A DNA stretch of 64,000 bases. It comes from Escherichia coli (GTDB taxonomy: Bacteria > Pseudomonadota > Gammaproteobacteria > Enterobacterales > Enterobacteriaceae). Numbering within the stretch: the stretch's first letter is position 1; each line of letters opens with the position of its first letter. The notes beneath the pieces were generated by a model. That model was not told the origin of the DNA. It was given only the letters and a program-made list of their open reading frames with translations, and did not search any database. The stretch lies in the NCBI RefSeq assembly GCF_003334315.1, contig NZ_QOWR01000004.1; one strand, 5' to 3'. Positions 55,782 through 64,000 of the stretch are shown here, piece after piece. The position numbers and the translations under genes are program-made.

Positions 55782-56372
55782 TTAATAATCGATCCCTATC
55801 TGCGCTTTTACACCGGCATCAAACGCATGTTTGACGGGGCGTAATTCACTTACCGTATCTGCCAGTTCAAGAATATCCCGATGACAACCACGACCCGTGA
55901 TAATCACCGTCTGTTGATGTGGACGTTCATTTAACGCCTGCACCACTTCTTCCAGTGGCAAATAGTCATACGCCACCATATACGTCAGTTCATCAAGCAA
56001 AACCATATCCAGTGAGGAATCAGCAAGCATCCGCTTTGCATGTTGCCAGACTTCGCGGCAGGCGGCGGTATCAGACTCGCGGTTTTGTGTATCCCAGGTA
56101 AAGCCCGTTGCCATCACCTGAAACTCAACGCCATGTGGCTCCAGCAGATTGCGTTCGCCATTAGGCCAGGTGCCTTTAATAAACTGCACGACGCCTACTT
56201 TTTTTCCGTGACCAACTGCGCGTGTTGCCGTACCAAATGCCGCGGTGGTTTTGCCTTTTCCATTGCCGGTAAAGACGATGATAATACCGCGTTCATCCTG
56301 GGCCTGGGCCACACGAGCATCTACTTTTTCTTTCACTCGCTGCTGACGCTGTTGGTAGCGTTCATCACTCAT
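55782..56372 (-). CDS. btuR: cob(I)yrinic acid a,c-diamide adenosyltransferase
   Basis: 196-aa ORF with P-loop GNGKGKTT. Confidence 0.95.
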   Translation of the reverse strand: MSDERYQQRQQRVKEKVDARVAQAQDERGIIIVFTGNGKGKTTAAFGTATRAVGHGKKVGVVQFIKGTWPNGERNLLEPHGVEFQVMATGFTWDTQNRESDTAACREVWQHAKRMLADSSLDMVLLDELTYMVAYDYLPLEEVVQALNERPHQQTVIITGRGCHRDILELADTVSELRPVKHAFDAGVKAQIGIDY

Positions 56373-57127
56373 TGGGAAATTCCTAGTTTACGGCCCGGTT
56401 GGGCGTCAAAGGTCATGCCGGTTTTACGGCGGCTGTCATCGCCCATCAGCCAGAGGTAGAGCGGCATGATATCAGCGGGTGTTTTAAGTTTCTGTGGATC
56501 TTCGGTCGGGAAGGCGCTGGCACGCATTGCGGTGCGCGTACCGCCTGGGTTAATGCAGTTGACGCGCAGGCGCTGCTGATATTCATCGGCCAGTACCTGC
56601 ATCATCCCTTCGGTGGCAAATTTCGACGCTGCATATGCGCCCCAGTTGGCTCGTCCCTGACGTCCAACGCTTGATGAAGTAAAGACCAGTGAACCGGCGT
56701 CCGATTTGAGTAATAAAGGAAGCAGTGCCTGGGTGAGCATAAAGGTGGCATTAACGTTGACCTGTATGACGTCCTGCCAGACCTGTGGATTTTGTTCGCT
56801 CATTGGACAAACATCGCCGAGCAATCCGGCATTATGCAAAACACCATCCAGACGCGGATAATTAACGGCAATGCGCTGTGCCAGTTGTTGGCAATCTTCG
56901 GACGTGCAGGTCAGCAAATCGAGAATAAACCACTGTGGCTGACGCCCAGTTTCTTCGTTTATGTGGCTGGCTACCTGACGTAATTTTTCTTCATTACGGC
57001 CCAACAGAATCACTGTCGCACCATAGCGTGCATACGTCATCGCGGCTTCACGACCAATACCATCACTGGCTCCCGTCACCAGGATAATGCGATCATTGAG
57101 TAAATCTTGTTTTGGCTGGTAATGCAT
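56369..57127 (-). CDS. yciK: short-chain dehydrogenase/reductase YciK
   Basis: 252-aa ORF with Rossmann motif TGASDGIG; 4-bp overlap with btuR. Confidence 0.94.
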   Translation of the reverse strand: MHYQPKQDLLNDRIILVTGASDGIGREAAMTYARYGATVILLGRNEEKLRQVASHINEETGRQPQWFILDLLTCTSEDCQQLAQRIAVNYPRLDGVLHNAGLLGDVCPMSEQNPQVWQDVIQVNVNATFMLTQALLPLLLKSDAGSLVFTSSSVGRQGRANWGAYAASKFATEGMMQVLADEYQQRLRVNCINPGGTRTAMRASAFPTEDPQKLKTPADIMPLYLWLMGDDSRRKTGMTFDAQPGRKLGISQ

Positions 57128-57346
57128 GGCTACTCCTCAACGACGTTGTCTGTCGCGCTGCCAGTGTACTTTATGACTTTGGGGCTTTATGCCTGAAACA
57201 GAAGGGCATTTCAATCAGCCTGGGGCGATAACACCGCAAAATGGATACTTTGTCATACTTTCGCTGCAATAACATCTCTGCGAGACGGCTTAACATGCCT
57301 GTTGTAAACTGTGAGCCAAAGCGTTGTTTAACCAAGGTGGGGACTC

Positions 57347-58396
57347 GTGGAATTGTTGTCTGAATATGGTTTGTTTTTGGCGAAAATCGTTACCGTTGTG
57401 CTAGCGATTGCGGCGATTGCCGCCATTATTGTCAATGTTGCTCAACGTAATAAACGCCAGCGTGGCGAGTTACGGGTCAACAATCTCAGCGAACAGTATA
57501 AGGAGATGAAAGAAGAACTGGCCGCGGCGCTGATGGACTCACATCAGCAAAAACAGTGGCACAAAGCGCAGAAGAAAAAGCATAAGCAAGAAGCGAAAGC
57601 AGCAAAAGCGAAAGCCAAACTGGGCGAGGTGGCAACTGACAGTAAACCCCGCGTCTGGGTGCTGGATTTTAAAGGCAGCATGGACGCCCATGAAGTGAAC
57701 TCGCTACGTGAAGAGATAACGGCTGTACTCGCAGCATTCAAACCGCAGGATCAGGTTGTGCTACGTCTGGAAAGCCCTGGTGGCATGGTGCATGGTTACG
57801 GGTTGGCGGCTTCGCAGCTGCAGCGTCTGCGTGATAAAAACATTCCTTTAACTGTTACGGTAGACAAAGTCGCTGCCAGCGGCGGTTACATGATGGCCTG
57901 TGTGGCGGACAAAATTGTTTCCGCACCGTTTGCTATTGTGGGTTCCATTGGCGTGGTGGCGCAAATGCCCAACTTTAACCGCTTCCTGAAAAGCAAAGAT
58001 ATTGATATCGAACTGCACACCGCCGGGCAGTATAAGCGCACGCTGACCTTGCTGGGTGAAAACACCGAAGAAGGGCGGGAGAAATTCCGCGAAGAGCTGA
58101 ACGAAACGCATCAGTTATTTAAAGATTTTGTGAAGCGTATGCGTCCGTCTCTGGATATTGAACAGGTGGCAACGGGTGAACACTGGTACGGACAACAGGC
58201 GGTAGAGAAAGGCCTGGTTGATGAAATCAACACCAGTGATGAAGTTATTCTTAGCCTGATGGAAGGCCGTGAAGTGGTTAATGTACGCTATATGCAGCGT
58301 AAACGACTCATTGACCGATTCACCGGCAGCGCGGCAGAGAGCGCCGATCGATTGTTGTTACGCTGGTGGCAGCGGGGTCAAAAGCCATTGATGTAA
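57347..58396 (+). CDS. sohB: S49-family periplasmic protease SohB
   Basis: 349-aa ORF from GTG 57347 (MELLSEYGLFLAKIVTVVLAIAAIAAI...). Confidence 0.94.
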   Translation: MELLSEYGLFLAKIVTVVLAIAAIAAIIVNVAQRNKRQRGELRVNNLSEQYKEMKEELAAALMDSHQQKQWHKAQKKKHKQEAKAAKAKAKLGEVATDSKPRVWVLDFKGSMDAHEVNSLREEITAVLAAFKPQDQVVLRLESPGGMVHGYGLAASQLQRLRDKNIPLTVTVDKVAASGGYMMACVADKIVSAPFAIVGSIGVVAQMPNFNRFLKSKDIDIELHTAGQYKRTLTLLGENTEEGREKFREELNETHQLFKDFVKRMRPSLDIEQVATGEHWYGQQAVEKGLVDEINTSDEVILSLMEGREVVNVRYMQRKRLIDRFTGSAAESADRLLLRWWQRGQKPLM

Positions 58397-58404
58397 AAGA
58401 CAAA

Positions 58405-58431
58405 CGCGAGGGTAAGACCTCGCGTTTTGCT
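58405..58431. terminator. bidirectional hairpin between sohB and yciN (AACGCGAGG..CCTCGCGTT)
   Basis: inverted repeat followed by TTTGCTTT. Confidence 0.6.
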
Positions 58432-58683
58432 TTAATCAACCAGGTGATATTTTTCTGAAAGCACATGGGCCAGGTGTTTGAACATATTAAACACCGCGGT
58501 GCTTTTGGCTGTTGGCAATCCTTGTTCATCTAAAAAGTAGTCGCCGGTAAATACCAGCACGCCATTACGCTGCGTGACGCCGGTGGCTTCAATCCCTGCG
58601 AGCGTATCCTCATGCTCACGAATGATTTTGTTGGCCTCTTTCAACAGCGTTTCGCGGTCGATGGGTTGTGTCTCTTTGTTCAT
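58432..58683 (-). CDS. yciN: small protein YciN
   Basis: 83-aa [38 protein letters not shown]... Confidence 0.9.
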
Positions 58684-59062
58684 TATTTACTCCTTAAACA
58701 AGGACATTAGTCTACGCCAGGCATGGCTTGCAGACAAATATACCACGCTGGTGGCAAGAGCGCCTTACTGGCAACTTTGGATTTTGCATGCTAATAAAGT
58801 TGCGTATCGGATTTTATCAGGTACAGTGTGACGCTTTCGTCAATCTGGCAATAGATTTGCTTGACATTCGACCAAAATTCCGTCGTGCTATAGCGCCTGT
58901 AGGCCAAGACCTGTTAACTCAGTCACCTGAATTTTCGTGAACAGAGTCACGACAAGGGGTTGATATCCGCAGAGAGCGAGTCCATATCGGTAACTCGTTG
59001 CCAGTGGAAGGTTTATCAACGTGCGACGCATTCCTGGAAGAATCAAATTAGGTAAGGTGAAT

Positions 59063-61660
59063 ATGGGTAAAGCTCTTGTCATCGTTGAGTCCCCGGCAAA
59101 AGCCAAAACGATCAACAAGTATCTGGGTAGTGACTACGTGGTGAAATCCAGCGTCGGTCACATCCGCGATTTGCCGACCAGTGGCTCAGCTGCCAAAAAG
59201 AGTGCCGACTCTACCTCCACCAAGACGGCTAAAAAGCCTAAAAAGGATGAACGTGGCGCTCTCGTCAACCGTATGGGGGTTGACCCGTGGCACAATTGGG
59301 AGGCGCACTATGAAGTGTTGCCTGGTAAAGAGAAGGTCGTCTCTGAACTGAAACAACTGGCTGAAAAAGCCGACCACATCTATCTCGCAACCGACCTTGA
59401 CCGCGAAGGGGAAGCCATTGCATGGCACCTGCGGGAAGTGATTGGTGGTGATGATGCGCGCTATAGCCGAGTGGTGTTTAACGAAATTACTAAAAACGCG
59501 ATCCGCCAGGCATTTAACAAACCGGGTGAGCTGAATATTGATCGTGTTAATGCCCAGCAGGCGCGTCGCTTTATGGACCGCGTGGTGGGGTATATGGTTT
59601 CGCCGCTGCTATGGAAAAAGATCGCTCGTGGTCTGTCTGCCGGTCGTGTGCAGTCGGTGGCGGTTCGCCTGGTGGTCGAGCGTGAGCGTGAAATTAAAGC
59701 GTTCGTGCCGGAAGAGTTCTGGGAAGTCGATGCCAGCACGACCACGCCATCTGGTGAAGCGTTGGCGTTGCAGGTGACTCATCAGAACGACAAACCGTTC
59801 CGTCCGGTCAACAAAGAACAAACTCAGGCTGCGGTAAGTCTGCTGGAAAAAGCGCGCTACAGCGTGCTGGAACGTGAAGACAAACCGACAACCAGTAAAC
59901 CTGGCGCTCCTTTTATTACCTCTACGCTGCAACAAGCTGCCAGCACCCGTCTTGGATTTGGCGTGAAAAAAACCATGATGATGGCGCAGCGTTTGTATGA
60001 AGCAGGCTATATCACTTACATGCGTACCGACTCCACTAACCTGAGTCAGGACGCGGTAAATATGGTTCGCGGTTATATCAGCGATAATTTTGGTAAGAAA
60101 TATCTGCCGGAAAGTCCGAATCAGTACGCCAGCAAAGAAAACTCACAGGAAGCGCACGAAGCGATTCGTCCTTCTGACGTCAATGTGATGGCGGAATCGC
60201 TGAAGGATATGGAAGCAGATGCGCAGAAACTGTACCAGTTAATCTGGCGTCAGTTCGTTGCCTGCCAGATGACCCCAGCGAAATATGACTCCACGACGCT
60301 GACCGTTGGTGCGGGCGATTTCCGCCTGAAAGCACGCGGTCGTATTTTGCGCTTTGATGGCTGGACGAAAGTGATGCCTGCACTGCGTAAAGGCGATGAA
60401 GATCGTATCTTACCGGCAGTCGATAAAGGCGATGCTCTGACGCTCGTTGAACTGACACCAGCCCAGCACTTTACCAAGCCGCCAGCCCGTTTCAGTGAAG
60501 CATCGCTGGTTAAAGAACTGGAAAAACGTGGTATCGGTCGTCCGTCTACCTATGCGTCGATCATTTCGACCATTCAGGATCGTGGCTATGTGCGAGTAGA
60601 AAATCGTCGTTTCTATGCGGAAAAAATGGGCGAAATCGTCACCGATCGCCTGGAAGAGAATTTCCGCGAGTTAATGAACTACGACTTCACCGCGCAGATG
60701 GAAAACAGCCTCGACCAGGTGGCAAATCACGAAGCAGAGTGGAAAGCTGTACTGGATCACTTCTTCTCGGATTTCACCCAGCAGTTAGATAAAGCTGAAA
60801 AAGATCCGGAAGAGGGTGGTATGCGCCCGAACCAGATGGTTCTGACCAGCATTGACTGCCCGACTTGTGGTCGCAAAATGGGGATTCGCACAGCGAGCAC
60901 CGGGGTATTCCTTGGCTGTTCTGGCTATGCGCTGCCGCCGAAAGAGCGTTGCAAAACCACCATTAACCTGGTGCCGGAAAACGAAGTGCTGAACGTGCTG
61001 GAAGGCGAAGACGCTGAAACCAACGCGCTGCGCGCAAAACGTCGTTGCCCGAAATGCGGCACGGCGATGGACAGCTATCTCATCGATCCGAAACGTAAGT
61101 TGCATGTCTGTGGTAATAACCCAACCTGCGACGGTTACGAGATCGAAGAGGGCGAATTCCGCATTAAAGGTTATGACGGCCCGATCGTTGAGTGTGAAAA
61201 ATGTGGCTCTGAAATGCACCTGAAAATGGGGCGTTTCGGTAAATACATGGCCTGCACCAACGAAGAGTGTAAAAACACACGTAAGATTTTACGTAACGGC
61301 GAAGTGGCACCACCGAAAGAAGATCCGGTGCCATTACCTGAGCTGCCGTGCGAAAAATCAGATGCTTATTTCGTGCTGCGTGACGGCGCTGCCGGTGTGT
61401 TCCTGGCTGCCAACACTTTCCCGAAATCGCGTGAAACGCGTGCGCCACTGGTGGAAGAGCTTTATCGCTTCCGCGACCGTCTGCCGGAAAAACTGCGTTA
61501 TCTGGCAGATGCGCCACAGCAGGATCCTGAAGGTAATAAGACCATGGTTCGCTTTAGCCGTAAAACCAAACAGCAATATGTCTCTTCGGAAAAAGACGGA
61601 AAGGCGACTGGCTGGTCAGCATTTTATGTTGATGGCAAATGGGTTGAAGGGAAAAAATAA
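59063..61660 (+). CDS. topA: DNA topoisomerase I
   Basis: 865 codons from ATG 59063 ([22 protein letters not shown]...), TOPRIM domain and C-terminal Zn-ribbon CxxC repeats; track ORF 5'-extended. Confidence 0.97.
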   Translation: MGKALVIVESPAKAKTINKYLGSDYVVKSSVGHIRDLPTSGSAAKKSADSTSTKTAKKPKKDERGALVNRMGVDPWHNWEAHYEVLPGKEKVVSELKQLAEKADHIYLATDLDREGEAIAWHLREVIGGDDARYSRVVFNEITKNAIRQAFNKPGELNIDRVNAQQARRFMDRVVGYMVSPLLWKKIARGLSAGRVQSVAVRLVVEREREIKAFVPEEFWEVDASTTTPSGEALALQVTHQNDKPFRPVNKEQTQAAVSLLEKARYSVLEREDKPTTSKPGAPFITSTLQQAASTRLGFGVKKTMMMAQRLYEAGYITYMRTDSTNLSQDAVNMVRGYISDNFGKKYLPESPNQYASKENSQEAHEAIRPSDVNVMAESLKDMEADAQKLYQLIWRQFVACQMTPAKYDSTTLTVGAGDFRLKARGRILRFDGWTKVMPALRKGDEDRILPAVDKGDALTLVELTPAQHFTKPPARFSEASLVKELEKRGIGRPSTYASIISTIQDRGYVRVENRRFYAEKMGEIVTDRLEENFRELMNYDFTAQMENSLDQVANHEAEWKAVLDHFFSDFTQQLDKAEKDPEEGGMRPNQMVLTSIDCPTCGRKMGIRTASTGVFLGCSGYALPPKERCKTTINLVPENEVLNVLEGEDAETNALRAKRRCPKCGTAMDSYLIDPKRKLHVCGNNPTCDGYEIEEGEFRIKGYDGPIVECEKCGSEMHLKMGRFGKYMACTNEECKNTRKILRNGEVAPPKEDPVPLPELPCEKSDAYFVLRDGAAGVFLAANTFPKSRETRAPLVEELYRFRDRLPEKLRYLADAPQQDPEGNKTMVRFSRKTKQQYVSSEKDGKATGWSAFYVDGKWVEGKK

Positions 61661-61687
61661 CCTTTAATTCTGTCAGGTTTTTATAAA

Positions 61688-61715
61688 CAAAGGGTCGCGA
61701 AAGCGGCCCTTTTTT
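61688..61715 (+). terminator. topA terminator candidate
   Basis: GGGTCGCGAAAGCGGCCC imperfect hairpin followed by TTTTTTATT. Confidence 0.6.
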
Positions 61716-61846
61716 ATTGCATATTATTTTTTCTTCACACCTATACACTAAGGCTATAAATGATATAGTGGTTATAGTTAGCACCTTTTTTATTATTAAA
61801 TCGTATTAGTCACGCCGCCTGGTGTGACGAAAAAACGATGTTCTGA

Positions 61847-62845
<999 letters not shown>

Positions 62846-63163
62846 TTTCTTGCGTTATTTTCGGCACCTTTTATGTAGCGAAGGTGCCGGAATATATTCT
62901 CTTTTGTTACTTATTTGTATACCGTGCACAATATTTTTATCCCTCATATTTATAGGGTAAATTACCTGTAAAGTAGTGTCTAATTACCCGCCTCGCAAAT
63001 TCCAGTTTTCAAATATCTATTTCAGGTCAAAAGATTGAATTATTCACTGGAGACGATTCGTAAATTCGCTGGATTTTTGACTAAAGTTTCTTTAGGATTT
63101 GTCTCATCGTATGATTAATTACACCAATCGTTCAACGTCTTGCTGATAAGTGATGGCGATTAT

Positions 63164-63304
63164 ATGAGGTTAGCAATGCCTTCTGGAAATCAGGAACCCC
63201 GCCGCGATCCTGAATTAAAACGTAAAGCCTGGCTGGCGGTTTTTCTTGGTTCTGCACTTTTCTGGGTGGTTGTCGCACTGCTGATTTGGAAAGTGTGGGG
63301 ATAA
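63164..63304 (+). CDS. ymiA: small single-pass membrane protein YmiA
   Basis: 46 codons MRLAMPSGNQEPRRDPELKRKAWLAVFLGSALFWVVVALLIWKVWG (42 from second ATG 63176); below track cutoff, read directly from sequence. Confidence 0.55.
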   Translation: MRLAMPSGNQEPRRDPELKRKAWLAVFLGSALFWVVVALLIWKVWG

Positions 63305-63306
63305 CT

Positions 63307-63474
63307 ATGGTCGGTCAGGAGCAACTGGAGTCGTCACCATTATGCCAGCATAGTGACAATGAAACAGAAACGAAACGGGAATGTTCCGTCGTTATTCCAG
63401 ACGACTGGCAACTAACATCGCAGCAGCAAGCCTTTATAGAACTGTTTGCTGAAGATGATCAGCCGAAACAATAA
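63307..63474 (+). CDS. yciX: small acidic protein YciX
   Basis: 55 codons from ATG 63307 (MVGQEQLESSPLCQHSDNETETKRECSVVIPDDWQ...), starting 2 nt after ymiA stop. Confidence 0.55.
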   Translation: MVGQEQLESSPLCQHSDNETETKRECSVVIPDDWQLTSQQQAFIELFAEDDQPKQ

Positions 63475-63846
63475 TTATCATCATTCTTATTACCCATTTT
63501 TAATGAATTACAGGGCTTTTAATACACCGCAGCAATAACAGGTTGAGTTATCTCAACACAAAGTAATAACCGTTAAGGGTGTAGCCTATGATCAACACAA
63601 ATATGAAATATTGGTCCTGGATGGGCGCGTTTTCTCTGTCGATGCTCTTCTGGGCCGAACTCCTCTGGATCATTACTCACTGATCCCTGACCCCGTTGCG
63701 GCGGGGTTTTCATTTGCTTTGCCACAAGGTTTCTCCTCTTTTATCAATTTGGGTTGTTATCAAATCGTTACGCGATGTTTGTGTTATCTTTAATATTCAC
63801 CCTGAAGAGAATCAGGGCTTCGCAACCCTGTCATTAAGGAGGAGCT

Positions 63847-64000
63847 ATGTCGTCAACCCTACGAGAAGCCAGTAAGGACGCGTTGCAGGCCAAAGATAAA
63901 ACTTACCACTACTACAGCCTGCCGCTTGCTGCCAAATCACTGGGCGATATCACCCGTCTACCCAAGTCACTCAAAGTTTTGCTCGAAAACCTGCTGCGCT
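63847..64000 (+). CDS. acnA: aconitate hydratase A (5' partial, continues beyond window)
   Basis: ATG 63847 followed by MSSTLREASKDALQAKDKTYHYYSLPLAAKSLGDITRLPKSLKVLLENLLR. Confidence 0.92.
   Translation, partial: MSSTLREASKDALQAKDKTYHYYSLPLAAKSLGDITRLPKSLKVLLENLLR

Overview
This window is recognisable as the Escherichia coli K-12-type core chromosome segment running from chaA to the first codons of acnA, and I see no evidence of a novel multi-gene system in it. Almost every long ORF matches a well-characterised gene in the expected order and length: chaA-chaB-chaC, ychN, ychO, narL-narX, narK, narGHJI, the tyrT-tyrV-tpr tRNA operon, purU, ychJ, rssA-rssB, galU, hns, tdk, a decayed IS4-family transposase remnant, adhE, ychE, oppABCDF, yciU, cls, yciY, kch, yciI, tonB, yciA-yciB-yciC, ompW, yciE-yciF-yciG, trpLEDCBA with promoter, operator and attenuator, yciV-yciO-yciQ, rluB, btuR, yciK, sohB, yciN, topA, cysB, ymiA, yciX and acnA (partial). 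Gene identities come from recognising the translated ORFs; no database search or computation was run. Many track ORFs are 5'-extended, so starts were moved to internal ATG/GTG codons where the known N-terminus was recognised. The items most worth a second look are modest: the tyrT/tyrV repeat units with the tpr micro-ORF, the IS4-like remnant between tdk and adhE, an AT-rich 737-bp ychE-oppA spacer carrying an unassigned ~100-codon ORF, the (GGN)n tail of yciQ, a perfect 12-bp inverted repeat ahead of rluB, and the ymiA-yciX small-protein pair.
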